DNA of 26,719 nucleotides from an uncultured virus (IMG/VR IMGVR_UViG_3300031963_000055) (IMGVR_UViG_3300031963_000055); one strand, 5' to 3'. Numbered from the stretch's first letter, positions 1 to 10,557 are shown. Notes: generated by a model not told the origin, from the letters alone. Translations and numbers: made by a program.

Positions 1-10
1 TATAATCTAA

Positions 11-409
11 TTATAAAATTATTTTTTCTCTAGTATCTCTTCTTAAAGGATAATTATTTGCTGCATTTAAAGAAAGTATTAATATATTTTCTAAAGTTTC
101 TCTAGCTGGATTAATAATACCTGTGTAACCTAATGAATTAATAAATCCTGTTAATACAGCAAGTGGCTCTTGTTTCCATCCTTCAACATCATTAATAGTT
201 TCAGGTAAATCTTGTAAAGTGTACCATTTTAATTCACTTTTAATTACATTACCGTTTGGATATAATTCACGCTCATGATATTTTACTTTACAAAATAAAA
301 CTTCATCAGTTTCTGAAATTTCAGTATCTAAACCTGCAAATTTTCTTTGAACTGTCACACCATTTCTCAATTCAGTAAGTGTTATCCATTCATTATTTAT
401 TGTTGTCAT
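11..409 (-). CDS. hypothetical protein in tail/fibre module
   Basis: 132-aa ORF co-oriented and closely spaced with the fibre-like genes; no recognisable motif. Confidence 0.6.
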   Translation of the reverse strand: MTTINNEWITLTELRNGVTVQRKFAGLDTEISETDEVLFCKVKYHERELYPNGNVIKSELKWYTLQDLPETINDVEGWKQEPLAVLTGFINSLGYTGIINPARETLENILILSLNAANNYPLRRDTREKIIL

Positions 410-422
410 TTTATATATATAT

Positions 423-1514
423 TTATTGTATTAACCACCAAGAACCTTGACCTATTTCCCAATTAATTGTATTATTTAAAACACCAAATGAAGACTTAAT
501 TGTTTGACCGCCACTACTATCAATCCAAGTCCCATTTGTATTTTGTACGTTTTGAGTTGCCGCAGGGTTTAAATTAAAATAAGCGTGTGCAGTTGTTGAA
601 CTTACTACTGTAATTAAACTTCCAGATGCTCCTGTTAACGTTAATGAATTATTAATAGTATATGTTATTCCGTTCTTTAAAGTAATAGTTCTTCCTGCCG
701 TTACACTTGATAAATTTGAAGTAGTAAATCCTGCTGTTCCTGAAAAAATAACATTTCCCACACTCGCTAAATTTAATGTGGTACAAGTCAATAAACTATT
801 AACTATAACTGTACCTGTTGTAATTGTTACTATATTCCAATTAATACCATTTGTATCGAGAGTAGTTGATGCCCCGATTGAAAGTGTAGAGCTAGTTGTT
901 ATAACGGTACCAGCTATATATGTTAATGTTCCTGTGTTAAATTGTAAAGTACCACTTATTGTTATTGTACCAACTGTGTTAATAGTTAATGAATTTTTAA
1001 ACCCACTTGAAGTCCAAGTGCCAGTTCCAATAAGTTCAAAAACAGTAGTCCCTCCATTTGTGTTATTCGCTAAAGAACCCCCGATTAACATTTTATTTCC
1101 GTTAAAAGTTGCAATGTTTGTAAGAAAAGAAACAGATCCTGATATAGTTAAATTATCAGCAAGTGTTACAATTTGACTACCTGCTGTCATATTAAAATCT
1201 ACAGAATTAGGAAATGTTTTACCATTTGATGTTATTGTAGAGGTTGCTCCTATTGTTAATTTACTAGTTCCTGAAATAGTCATAGCTGCAACAAATGTTA
1301 TACTACCATTTACAACAAGAACACCATTCATAGTCAATGTGTTTACGTAATTTGTAAAATCAATACCTGCAATTGTAAACGTTGTATTAACTGTTAATTG
1401 GCCACTTGTTGCAGTAAATGCAATAGTATCCGTAGACAAAGGGACTATTCCCCCTACATACGTTGCGCCTGCATTTATATTACCTCCTCCATTAGCTACT
1501 GTAAAAACTGCCAT
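423..1514 (-). CDS. tail fibre/spike-like beta-solenoid protein
   Basis: 363 aa, very T/G/S/N/I-rich beta-strand pattern, internal repeat (TIGATSTITSNGKTF / SIGASTTLDTNGINW); located in the virion module. Confidence 0.6.
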   Translation of the reverse strand: MAVFTVANGGGNINAGATYVGGIVPLSTDTIAFTATSGQLTVNTTFTIAGIDFTNYVNTLTMNGVLVVNGSITFVAAMTISGTSKLTIGATSTITSNGKTFPNSVDFNMTAGSQIVTLADNLTISGSVSFLTNIATFNGNKMLIGGSLANNTNGGTTVFELIGTGTWTSSGFKNSLTINTVGTITISGTLQFNTGTLTYIAGTVITTSSTLSIGASTTLDTNGINWNIVTITTGTVIVNSLLTCTTLNLASVGNVIFSGTAGFTTSNLSSVTAGRTITLKNGITYTINNSLTLTGASGSLITVVSSTTAHAYFNLNPAATQNVQNTNGTWIDSSGGQTIKSSFGVLNNTINWEIGQGSWWLIQ

Positions 1515-1520
1515 AACTTA

Positions 1521-2708
1521 CTATATTGAATATGAATAAACCCAACAATTATAAATTCCTGTAGAAGCATTGTATCTAAAACCTACTGCTAAATTTTTAC
1601 CTATAATTGTAGTAGTCGGTAACGATGCAAAAAAACTTGAAAATTTTGAACCCCATGTTATTGTTCGTGCCACACCATTATCTTTAATGTTTATAATTAA
1701 AGATTTAAAGTTTCCGTTAACTCCACTTAATCCAGAAGTCATTGAAGTTATATTAGTAGCTAATGCCGTAATATTTACAATATCATAAAGACTTACATCT
1801 ATTGTTGGGGTTGCAGAAGAAGTAATTGTTAAAACTCTTGGGTCTATTTTAGCATAAGTAGATAAATCAGGAGCTACTCCTGCTGCTGAATCTGTTACTA
1901 AGATATAACCAATTAACGCTGTATTAGCAGGTTGTGTTGGTAATGCAGCATATTCACTCTCAGTACCTTCTACTTTTACAATAGTATTTGAAGTATTACC
2001 ATAAAATCCAACATATCTTTGTAATCCTGCTGAACTTAATGCAACTGAAAAATCAGTATCTATTGCTGTTGTGTAATTACTTGGAGATATAAACCATACA
2101 GCAGCAGCTACTCTTACGTTATTTGCACCAAATGTACCAATAGTAATAACCCCGCCACTTGTTAATCCATTTACTTTATCTTGCTTACCTAATAAAGCAT
2201 CAATAACAGTGTCCTCACTAGGTGCTTTGTCCGTAACGCCATTAGTGAGTGTTTGAGATATAGGAAAGTCAGATAGTTCTACAGTTTCAATAATATTAGT
2301 ATATGTTAAATTACTATAATTAATAGCTTTTATCTTAATAGAATATATTAATGCTACATCAGTATCTGTATAAGTTCCTGATGCTACCCAAGCTCCTGTT
2401 GTTTCATTTAAACTAGCAGTTACTACCGTACCACCAACTGTTTTAGGACTTTCAAAAGTTGGTTTATTCGAGCCATCAATCTTTGAAAGAATGCAGTTAC
2501 CCGATAACCCAAATTCCCCTGCGTTGATAATTGCTCCTGTAGGAATTGTGAGGCTTCCGCTTGCTCCTGACACAATCTCATAATATGTAATTTTGTATTC
2601 ATTGTTTTCTAAATTTGTTACACGACCATTTAAGGTAGGATCAGAACCGCCGCTTCCACTTGAAGGTGTTGTAAATATTCTAACTTTACTAAATAAGGAG
2701 TTAGCCAT
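1521..2708 (-). CDS. putative tail fibre / virion structural protein
   Basis: 395 aa with short coiled-coil linkers (LNGRVTNLE; KAPSEDTVIDALLGKQD) between beta-rich domains; C-terminal IKDNGVARTITWG...LPTTT domain typical of phage fibre proteins. Confidence 0.6.
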   Translation of the reverse strand: MANSLFSKVRIFTTPSSGSGGSDPTLNGRVTNLENNEYKITYYEIVSGASGSLTIPTGAIINAGEFGLSGNCILSKIDGSNKPTFESPKTVGGTVVTASLNETTGAWVASGTYTDTDVALIYSIKIKAINYSNLTYTNIIETVELSDFPISQTLTNGVTDKAPSEDTVIDALLGKQDKVNGLTSGGVITIGTFGANNVRVAAAVWFISPSNYTTAIDTDFSVALSSAGLQRYVGFYGNTSNTIVKVEGTESEYAALPTQPANTALIGYILVTDSAAGVAPDLSTYAKIDPRVLTITSSATPTIDVSLYDIVNITALATNITSMTSGLSGVNGNFKSLIINIKDNGVARTITWGSKFSSFFASLPTTTIIGKNLAVGFRYNASTGIYNCWVYSYSI

Positions 2709-2713
2709 TATAA

Positions 2714-3064
2714 TTATTTATAATATTGTATATTTAATTTATGTGTTCCTGCACCTACTTGAATAGCTCTAAAGTTTTCTAAATTAGGTCTACCTTCAAT
2801 ATCTACACCGTCTAAATTACTTCTTCTAATACCTGTAGAAGCAGTGGGTAATGTTGTATTACCTAATTCTAAATAACGGATAGCAGGAGTAGTTAAATCT
2901 GATTCTACTTCTATTAAAGCATAAGTAGCATCAGCTGGTACAGTTAATGCTACAGCAGTCCCTCCAACAACTAATTGTTGGTATCCTATTGCTGTTAAAT
3001 TATATCTTTGTTGTCTAAGTAATTGATCTAAATAACTCTTTGACTGATTTCCAAATTGTGACAT
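2714..3064 (-). CDS. putative virion protein (small beta-sandwich)
   Basis: 116-aa ORF in the structural operon with an A-rich leader. Confidence 0.5.
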   Translation of the reverse strand: MSQFGNQSKSYLDQLLRQQRYNLTAIGYQQLVVGGTAVALTVPADATYALIEVESDLTTPAIRYLELGNTTLPTASTGIRRSNLDGVDIEGRPNLENFRAIQVGAGTHKLNIQYYK

Positions 3065-3074
3065 TGTATTTATT

Positions 3075-3380
3075 TTATTGAGTTAATTGGCAATCACATA
3101 TATCACATGTTGCCATTATTTGATGAGCCATTAAATCTTGTTGTTCTTCTGTTAAACAGTTAATTGAATCATTAGTAACATTAATATCTGTACTAAAGTT
3201 ATAACATCTTAATACTTCTATTTTATCATTAAGTAATTTAAGTTTAATTAATTCTTTATCTGCACAACTATTACCTATGGAGTATAGTTTAGATACTTCT
3301 TTAGCCTTAGTTGCAGAACAACATAAGGCATTAGTTAATATTAAATTTAAATTAGACTCTGTCATAAGATTATCCAGCAA
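3075..3380 (-). CDS. Cys-rich virion protein, possibly crAss tail-hub B-like
   Basis: 101 aa, helical, CC...C...C...CDICDC; assignment from gene order relative to crAss-like virion modules only. Confidence 0.4.
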   Translation of the reverse strand: MLDNLMTESNLNLILTNALCCSATKAKEVSKLYSIGNSCADKELIKLKLLNDKIEVLRCYNFSTDINVTNDSINCLTEEQQDLMAHQIMATCDICDCQLTQ

Positions 3381-3810
3381 TCATACTTATATACAAGTAA
3401 GTATCGGAAGCAGAATCACCGTTACTATCTGTTACAGTACATTTCAGTAAACCAAAAATACCAGCATTACTAGTAGCTATAGCATCAAATGCTTGTGTAT
3501 ATATCCCTATATTAAATAATACATTATTTGCTGTAATAGGACTATCAAAAATAAACCATGGAGTTGCACCATCAAATCCCGAGTTTATATTGTCTGCCCA
3601 TTCCCATAAATAAGTATAAGGAGCTGTACCACCTGTAGTAGTAGTAAAGGCTCTAGGACCTCCTTCAGTTATTTCTATTGAAGAGATTTTTAAAGTTACA
3701 CATGAACATGTCCCAGTAGGGCCTTGAGGACCAGTAGCTCCAGTAGCTCCAGCTGGTCCTGTTGCACCAGGTGCTCCAATAGGTATTGTTAATTCTTTGC
3801 AGTTACACAT
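3370..3810 (-). CDS. collagen-repeat protein with Ig/PKD-like C-terminal domain
   Basis: Seven Gly-X-Y triplets (GAPGATGPAGATGATGPQGPT), then GGTAPYTYLW...CTVTDSNG. Start revised to ATG at 3810 (MCNCKEL) because the 3870 start overlaps the upstream gene and adds an AT-rich extension. Confidence 0.7.
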   Translation of the reverse strand: MCNCKELTIPIGAPGATGPAGATGATGPQGPTGTCSCVTLKISSIEITEGGPRAFTTTTGGTAPYTYLWEWADNINSGFDGATPWFIFDSPITANNVLFNIGIYTQAFDAIATSNAGIFGLLKCTVTDSNGDSASDTYLYISMIAG

Positions 3811-3860
3811 ACAAAATTTATTTAAAAGTTTACATATTAATAATATAAGGTTTTTTTTCA

Positions 3861-4433
3861 TCATTTGCAAGTTTTACATCCACTATTTAAGCATAATTTA
3901 TCAATTATCTTTTTAATGCTTGTAAATGTTGCATTATCCCCACATTCTGCGGCATTCTCTAGTGAATCAAACATAGTTTTAGCTTTTAGATATTCTTTTT
4001 CAGAATCATCTTGAGGACAACTATCACAAGTATTTACATTAGCTAACATATTACTTATACAACATCTCGTATTACAAGTAAAATATTTATAGATTCCTGT
4101 AGAATATACTTCATCGTTATCATCTACTACAGTATATACAAAGTACCATTGACCATCAGTTATGGTTGTAGGGTTGCCCATATCAGATAATGGAATATTA
4201 TAAGAAGTTCCTTTTACAATAGAAGGAAATCCTTCAGCTTTTAAGTCTATAGTATATTCTATATTATCTGGTCCTTTAATTAGTAATGTTGCGGATACTA
4301 TATTACTTGTAGGTATATTAGGATCATCCCAACCACCAAGATTAGCTAGACTATATATTCCAGTATTTTCAGAAAATTGCAATTGTGTACAACCATTGAT
4401 TACACATATATCAAATTGTAAGTTAAGTGCCAT
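3861..4433 (-). CDS. Cys-rich virion protein, possibly crAss tail-hub A-like
   Basis: 190 aa with a beta-rich N-domain and a Cys-rich helical C-domain; follows the putative auxiliary capsid gene. Confidence 0.45.
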   Translation of the reverse strand: MALNLQFDICVINGCTQLQFSENTGIYSLANLGGWDDPNIPTSNIVSATLLIKGPDNIEYTIDLKAEGFPSIVKGTSYNIPLSDMGNPTTITDGQWYFVYTVVDDNDEVYSTGIYKYFTCNTRCCISNMLANVNTCDSCPQDDSEKEYLKAKTMFDSLENAAECGDNATFTSIKKIIDKLCLNSGCKTCK

Positions 4434-4454
4434 TGATTTTGTTTAATTTGCTTT

Positions 4455-4500
4455 ATAAATAAAGCCCCTGGAAAACTTTAAGGAAGAGAAACCAGGGGCT
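4455..4500 (-). terminator. intrinsic terminator
   Basis: 9-bp GC-rich stem agcccctgg (4463-4471) / ccaggggct (4492-4500), followed on the minus strand by TTATTTAT. Confidence 0.65.
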
Positions 4501-4568
4501 AATTATACTAATTAAGGCTTTAAAGATTGACACATCAGAATGATGTGGATTGTAGTCTAAGGACTAGA

Positions 4569-5891
4569 CTATGCGATTAATACTGCAGTACTAATTTTAG
4601 TTGGAGTTCCAGCTAACCAAGCACCTATATTAGTAAGTAATTCAACACCTTCTGTTGAGTAACTTCCTGTGTCTAATGTTCTATCAAATGGATCAGCAGA
4701 ACTAACATTAATAGATGGAGTAGCTATAATGATTGCTTTTTGAGCTAATGCTTGAATATCTGCCCCTGAAGTGAAAGTGTTGTCTGCAAAAGTTATAGTT
4801 AAAGTATCATAGAAATATTTTACTAAGAATGCTGTACCTGCTACAACTGCTGTTAAAGGAGATGTGATCACAAATTTAGTAGAACTGATTATGTATTTAA
4901 TCTCATAAGCAACACTATTTAAAGTAATTAATTCACCTGCTCTTAAACCTGCTGTAGAAGTAGCAACTTCAACTACATCATATCCTACTGTATTAGCTCC
5001 TAATACACCAGTTGATGCTGCAGATAAAGCTCCTGTTGGAGTAGTTGCTGCTGCAACAACACTTCCAGATAAATAACCTGTATTAACTACATTAAATTTA
5101 ACTGCTTGTGCTGGCCATAATCTACGGTTAGATAAACCTTCGTATTGGTATTCAAAGTTCTCTTTGTTATAGATTTGATTATAAGTACCTTCTCCATAAG
5201 AGTTAGCAGAAATTTGAGTACAAGAAGTAGATCCAAATCCTGTAGAATCATCTATATGACAAGAGAAATATACACGGTTTTCTTTAAAAGTACTAGATTG
5301 AAATTGTTCAATATCTTTAGCTGTAATTTCTACACCATAAGCAGTTGCACCAGTTAATCCCATTGCTCCTGAACCATTACCTACTAATAATGCTACAATT
5401 AATGATTTAAAACCACTATTATTAATATTATCTCTTAATTGAGTTGCAACACTTAATTGTGATGCCGAAACACTAGAAGTAAAGTTAATTCTTAATACTT
5501 CTGGACGTTCAGAATATAAAGATTTATCATTTTTAAAACGAATACTAGCTGTATAATCAGAAGAAGCATTTACTTCAATTGAACCTGTAGCTAATTTACG
5601 ATCATATCCAATAGCCCATACTTCACGAGATGCTGGAGCATATTTTTCAAAACGTGCAGATTTTACTGCAATACCATTAATTCTCATTGATTTTTTAAAT
5701 GAACCATCTGAATACGTTTCAGAAAACTGAATATCATTTGTTGCTGTTCCTGCTATATAAGGTTCTGCTGCACCTAAAGCTGTTTGATTAGCTTTAAACA
5801 TACCTAATTTACCTGGAGTTAATGTGTTTACATCTGTTTGAAATGCACCACCTGTCCCTACGAAAATGTTTGTTACTTTATGAATTGACAT
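4569..5891 (-). CDS. abundant virion protein, probable auxiliary capsid protein
   Basis: 440 aa, A/G/T/S-rich, strong A-rich leader, followed by a terminator; position downstream of MCP and the ring-like gene fits the crAss auxiliary capsid gene. Confidence 0.5.
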   Translation of the reverse strand: MSIHKVTNIFVGTGGAFQTDVNTLTPGKLGMFKANQTALGAAEPYIAGTATNDIQFSETYSDGSFKKSMRINGIAVKSARFEKYAPASREVWAIGYDRKLATGSIEVNASSDYTASIRFKNDKSLYSERPEVLRINFTSSVSASQLSVATQLRDNINNSGFKSLIVALLVGNGSGAMGLTGATAYGVEITAKDIEQFQSSTFKENRVYFSCHIDDSTGFGSTSCTQISANSYGEGTYNQIYNKENFEYQYEGLSNRRLWPAQAVKFNVVNTGYLSGSVVAAATTPTGALSAASTGVLGANTVGYDVVEVATSTAGLRAGELITLNSVAYEIKYIISSTKFVITSPLTAVVAGTAFLVKYFYDTLTITFADNTFTSGADIQALAQKAIIIATPSINVSSADPFDRTLDTGSYSTEGVELLTNIGAWLAGTPTKISTAVLIA

Positions 5892-5937
5892 TGTTTTTAA
5901 TTTTTAAAATTTATTTATTATTTAAGATATTTATTAA

Positions 5938-6348
5938 TTAGTTTACTACAAAATTAAAAATTAATGCTGTAGTAATATTCCCACCTGTAGCATTAAGATA
6001 GCGTATTTTAAAAGACCCTGCTGTAATACTTTCAATACTAAAATGTACACCATAAGCGGTTAAGTTTGTTGTATCCATATTTGCAATAACAACGGAATCC
6101 GCTTTTACAGCCGAGTTATTTACTGTAAATACAACATTAGTTGCTGTAGATAAAGACGTTGTATTTGTAGTAATTACACCTTTTGTAGCATTTAATGTTA
6201 CTTCATTAGTGCGATTAGTTGTTTGAGTTACTGTACCAGATGTACCATTTACTTCATCAATGATTTCATCAATCTTTGAAGACAGTACTTTGACATTTGG
6301 AATTTGTGCTCCTAAGAATTGCTTAGGGGATGTTTTTGATATTGCCAT
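5938..6348 (-). CDS. putative head fibre / decoration protein
   Basis: Short N-terminal coiled segment (KIDEIIDEVN) then a T-rich beta domain (GTVTQTTNRTNEVTLNATKGVIT). Confidence 0.45.
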   Translation of the reverse strand: MAISKTSPKQFLGAQIPNVKVLSSKIDEIIDEVNGTSGTVTQTTNRTNEVTLNATKGVITTNTTSLSTATNVVFTVNNSAVKADSVVIANMDTTNLTAYGVHFSIESITAGSFKIRYLNATGGNITTALIFNFVVN

Positions 6349-6363
6349 TTTAAATTAAATTTA

Positions 6364-7041
6364 TTATTCGTTAGTGTTATTAATCAAAGGATTAAATGAT
6401 TGTGTTCTTTTACCCTCTATTCCTTCTAATGCAATGCTTACTGCGGTGTCTACTAATTCATTATGAATATGTTCTGATAATTCACAAGTAATATTTCCAG
6501 ATAAACTCATTTTAACAGGTTGTCTTAAATATCGTAATTGATAATCTACAATTGTACAATTTGATATTAATTCAACTTTTCCTGCTATCATAAGTCTAAG
6601 AACTTTTTCATTATTAGGTTTAGCAAAAGGATCTTTTAAAGATTTAGATGCTTCTAAATGAGTAATTGGTATTACTTCAACTCTTTGTGTTATTGGAGTA
6701 CCACAATTAGTACAAGTTATTCCAGCTCTCTCCTGTATAGTAAACCAATGGTTAGTTGGTAAATTTACAAATCTAGCATTAGCATCTATATTGTTTACTG
6801 AGTAAGCTAAAGGAGTTAGTATTGTATTTTCTGTAATATTCTTTAAATCCTCTGTACGCTTCTGAGTTTCTTCAAAAGATTGTCTTTTAGCATTATTAAA
6901 ACCATACCTTTGTTTAATTAACCTATCCTGAGCATTATTCAATATCAAATCAATCTCTTCAGGTAAGAAGTTAGGATAGTTTAAGGCATCCATTTTATCT
7001 AACCTAAATTTAAATTCAATATGAAATTGAGATATTGTCAT
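6364..7041 (-). CDS. crAss-like tail ring / head-tail connector protein
   Basis: Motifs EEIDLILNNAQ, SFEETQKRTEDL, YLRQP, CELSEHIHNELVDTAV typical of crAss ring proteins; two genes downstream of MCP. Confidence 0.7.
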   Translation of the reverse strand: MTISQFHIEFKFRLDKMDALNYPNFLPEEIDLILNNAQDRLIKQRYGFNNAKRQSFEETQKRTEDLKNITENTILTPLAYSVNNIDANARFVNLPTNHWFTIQERAGITCTNCGTPITQRVEVIPITHLEASKSLKDPFAKPNNEKVLRLMIAGKVELISNCTIVDYQLRYLRQPVKMSLSGNITCELSEHIHNELVDTAVSIALEGIEGKRTQSFNPLINNTNE

Positions 7042-7838
7042 TATTCAGCTTTAACTTTCTTTGGTTTTAATTTACTTTCTAAAGCTAATTTAACAGCTTG
7101 GTTTTTTAAGTCTGATAAGTAACTTACTACTTCATCAGTTGAACTACCTAATAAGTCTTCACCATTATAAAAATAAGTTCCTTTCTTTTTAAGAATACCT
7201 TTCTCAATTAAGGCTTCAATTAAACCTCTTACTGGAGTATCTTTAGCTGTAGCTAAACGAATAAACTCTTTAGGATCAGATTTAACTTGTTTATACAATT
7301 CAGTCTTAACCATAGTTTCAGACATTGTATCTACACCTTTCTTACCATAGATTCTCAATAGACCTTTTCTTTCTTCGATAGTTGCATTACTGAAAGCCTC
7401 AATAGCTGCAAACTCGAATTCCATTTTAGCATCTTCAATCTTAGAAGCAGCTTCTGGATCATATATGTAGAATCTAGCTGTAGAGTTTCCAACAACGTCA
7501 TGCTCTGTATTAGCAATCCAATCATGTTGTTGTAACATTCTAAACTTTAATTCATCATAATCATTTACTATATTAAATATAGTCAATTTATCATTTCTTA
7601 ATCGTACTTCCATATCACCCCAGAACTCACCATTTCTAGCACTTAAAGTTCCTTTAGGTAAGTTTAACTTTTCTTCATAATGTTTTTGATCTTCTAAAGA
7701 CAATCCAGTTTTATACAAACCATTTTGACTTAGTTGAGCACCTTGAATTACAGTTAAAGTCTTGTTGTAATAAGATTGACCTGAAAATTTGTTTCGTATG
7801 ATAGGTCTAATAACATACTGTTTTAATTGTTCTTCCAT
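7041..7838 (-). CDS. conserved crAss-like protein following MCP
   Basis: 265 aa, helical, immediately downstream of MCP; stop/start overlap with the next gene. Confidence 0.6.
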   Translation of the reverse strand: MEEQLKQYVIRPIIRNKFSGQSYYNKTLTVIQGAQLSQNGLYKTGLSLEDQKHYEEKLNLPKGTLSARNGEFWGDMEVRLRNDKLTIFNIVNDYDELKFRMLQQHDWIANTEHDVVGNSTARFYIYDPEAASKIEDAKMEFEFAAIEAFSNATIEERKGLLRIYGKKGVDTMSETMVKTELYKQVKSDPKEFIRLATAKDTPVRGLIEALIEKGILKKKGTYFYNGEDLLGSSTDEVVSYLSDLKNQAVKLALESKLKPKKVKAE

Positions 7839-7864
7839 TGTTTTAATAATTTGCCTTTATTAGT

Positions 7865-7900
7865 TTAAAAATAAAGAGTGTTTGGGTAAGGTACACTCTT
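7865..7900 (-). terminator. intrinsic terminator after MCP
   Basis: Stem aagagtgt (7874-7881) / acactctt (7893-7900), followed on the minus strand by TATTTTT. Confidence 0.6.
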
Positions 7901-7918
7901 CAAAACCTTTTATTTTTA

Positions 7919-9370
7919 CTAGCTAATGCTAGAAGCATCTAAAATTAATTGAGCCGCATCTGAAGGATCTCTTAACATGATACCACATTCAGTCATTGCT
8001 TCAAATGTGTAACCATCTACTGAACTTGCAGATGAACCATTCTTCTTAGGTCCATAAGGTCCATACATACCTTCGATGTAAGTTGTTACCATCTCACGAT
8101 CTTTAGAGTATACTTTTTGAATATTTGGTTCTCCTTTGTTATAAGACTTAAAGTTTAAGAAAGTTGCTTTGTAAGACTCAGCTGGTTTACCAGTTTGAGG
8201 GTGTAACAAACGATTTCTTACAACATCATTATAAGGCTTGTATTCTTTTAAAGTAATCTTATCACCATTTAAACCTGTGTAAGTCATGAACTGGCCATGT
8301 AACTCTAAGTTTTGTCCTTCACCTGCAATGAATTTACTATCAACTAAGTTGAAAGCAGATGCACTACGTTTCATAGCTTGATCAAATAAGTTCATGAACT
8401 CACGACCACATAATGCTACATACTCACGAGGACCATCTTCAGTACCATTGTATGCTAAATCTCCCATGAAATCACGGATAGTTTTCTCATTCAAAGTAGT
8501 GTATAAACGTTTGTTACCTGGAGCAATTTGAGATTCTAATCCAGCACCAGAATAAATAGTATTTCCTGAAGCACCTTTTAAATCTGTAGTACCGTTAGAT
8601 TTAACGTTAGATTCACCAAACATTAAACTAATTTCAATCTCATCCATGAACTGTTTCCAGAATTCCCACTCAGCATATTTTACCCAAGTGTTAGTTTTTT
8701 CATTAGTTTCAGGATTTAACATTGAGATAACCATAACACGGCTGTGAGCAGCACCAGTTACAGAATATTTTTTACGCAATGTAGACATAAAGTTTTCTAA
8801 CATCATTGGTGTAGCATAGTGAGTTTCACCAGATGTACGAGAATGATCATGCTCTACTAAGTTGTATTCTTTAGATACCTCTTTACCAACTACTAATAAC
8901 GCTCCTGGGATTGCTTTAGTAATATCAGCAGTAACTAATTGACACACTAAGATGTAATCAGCTCCGTCATAAATTGGTTCAGAAATTACACGAGCTTTAT
9001 AATCTGGACTGTCAAATAATAAAACGTCACCTTCTGAGAACCATTTTTCACCTACACCAATTTTAAAAGTTGTAGCATTGATACCTACTGAAGCAGCAGC
9101 ATCAAATACTGAACGTGTAATTGAAATAGCTTTACGAGAATCTCCAATGATATTCCAACGATATTGGATACCATCAATCTCTTTAGATTTACCCATACCA
9201 CCTGTTAAGAATGATAGAGCATTTTTATAACCGTTTTGTTTGTTATAAATACGAGTGATAACTTGACTAGCAATAGCTGGCTCAGTTAAAAAGAAACTAG
9301 ACAAATGTGAATCTTGAGTAAGACCCGCATGCCAGTTCATGTTTGTTATTTGTAATGGACTAATTTGCAT
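7919..9370 (-). CDS. major capsid protein (crAss-like, HK97 fold)
   Basis: 483 aa; motifs STLRKKYSVTG, GAGLESQI, HPQTGKPAESY, VDGY, GIMLRDP; order portal-scaffold-MCP. Confidence 0.9.
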   Translation of the reverse strand: MQISPLQITNMNWHAGLTQDSHLSSFFLTEPAIASQVITRIYNKQNGYKNALSFLTGGMGKSKEIDGIQYRWNIIGDSRKAISITRSVFDAAASVGINATTFKIGVGEKWFSEGDVLLFDSPDYKARVISEPIYDGADYILVCQLVTADITKAIPGALLVVGKEVSKEYNLVEHDHSRTSGETHYATPMMLENFMSTLRKKYSVTGAAHSRVMVISMLNPETNEKTNTWVKYAEWEFWKQFMDEIEISLMFGESNVKSNGTTDLKGASGNTIYSGAGLESQIAPGNKRLYTTLNEKTIRDFMGDLAYNGTEDGPREYVALCGREFMNLFDQAMKRSASAFNLVDSKFIAGEGQNLELHGQFMTYTGLNGDKITLKEYKPYNDVVRNRLLHPQTGKPAESYKATFLNFKSYNKGEPNIQKVYSKDREMVTTYIEGMYGPYGPKKNGSSASSVDGYTFEAMTECGIMLRDPSDAAQLILDASSIS

Positions 9371-9402
9371 TTTTATTGTTTATATTAAATTAATAATTGT
9401 TC

Positions 9403-10533
9403 TTAAATTAAGCCATTATTTAATGCTTGGCGGAAAGCACTGAAGTTACTTGAAGATTTTTCTTGACTAAAACTATCTGATTGACCAGTTTTTAATTTAG
9501 ATCTACTATCTCCTTTAAAGTTAGATAACTTACTAGCTAACTCTGAACTTACTTTATTCTTTACTTGTTTTTCTAACTTACTCATATCCCAATCATTCAT
9601 TGCTAAATAAGCATACATAAATTGAGCATTTTCGTTAGTTTCATTATGCTTCTGTAAACCAGTCTTACCTGATTTATCGGGTTTCATAATGAAGTCCCAA
9701 AGATTATCTTTTAATTTGGGAGTTAACTTAAACCCTTGAATTTCATCTTTAGAATATAATTTGTCTTTAAACTCCTCATATTGTTTTTTAGCTAAAGCCT
9801 TTTGTTCAGCATCATATTTCTTTTGAACTTCAACTAACTGTTCTTGATAAGACTTTTCAGCATTTTGTAATTTAGTTAAAGCTGTTTTAGCTTTCTTTTC
9901 CAATATACCAGAAACTTCATATGTATCAAGAGTTTCATTAATTTCTTCTTCATCTTCACCTTGAGCTTTTAAATACTCTTTTAAAACAACTTTTGAATCA
10001 GATTCATCTTCTAATTTAAAGTCTGCCCAAGAACTTTGGTTGTAATAAAGATCCATAAATTGTTTAGGATCTCCACCTGCTTCAACAAATTCTACAAGTT
10101 TGTGTACATCTTCAGGTAAACTTTGTTTATACCTTTCAACTTCTTTCTCAACTGTAGTACTCATTAGTTTTTTTAAACCATCTTCAGAATCTTCAAAAGT
10201 TTCTTCATCATAGTCTACTAAACCTTTATCTCCTAACCAACTTGCAAATACTTTGAGAGAAGAACTCTCTTCAGTAGTTTCTTGTTTAGTCTCAACTTCA
10301 GCAACTTCTTCAGGTGCTTTAGTTTCTTCTTTGGGGATGTCTTTAACAACCTCTTTTGTAACTTCCTTAGTTTCATCAACTGGTGTCACGTCTTCTAGAT
10401 TTTCAAGTAATGGTTGAGCTACTGAATTATTCTCTTTAAAATCTGAAGAATATTCATCATTAAACTGCATTTCCATACCTTCACCAAATGGTGTATCTAG
10501 GATATTAAATTCCTTTTGTTTTTCCTTACTCAT
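9403..10533 (-). CDS. putative capsid scaffolding protein
   Basis: 376 aa, highly acidic and helical, directly upstream of MCP. Confidence 0.6.
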   Translation of the reverse strand: MSKEKQKEFNILDTPFGEGMEMQFNDEYSSDFKENNSVAQPLLENLEDVTPVDETKEVTKEVVKDIPKEETKAPEEVAEVETKQETTEESSSLKVFASWLGDKGLVDYDEETFEDSEDGLKKLMSTTVEKEVERYKQSLPEDVHKLVEFVEAGGDPKQFMDLYYNQSSWADFKLEDESDSKVVLKEYLKAQGEDEEEINETLDTYEVSGILEKKAKTALTKLQNAEKSYQEQLVEVQKKYDAEQKALAKKQYEEFKDKLYSKDEIQGFKLTPKLKDNLWDFIMKPDKSGKTGLQKHNETNENAQFMYAYLAMNDWDMSKLEKQVKNKVSSELASKLSNFKGDSRSKLKTGQSDSFSQEKSSSNFSAFRQALNNGLI

Positions 10534-10557
10534 GCTTGCCTTATTAGTAATATACTA

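Noticed and set aside
778..1788. Plus-strand ORFs 778-1176 and 1570-1788
   Set aside because: Antisense shadows of fibre genes; their V/I/P-rich composition is the complement of T/N/G codons
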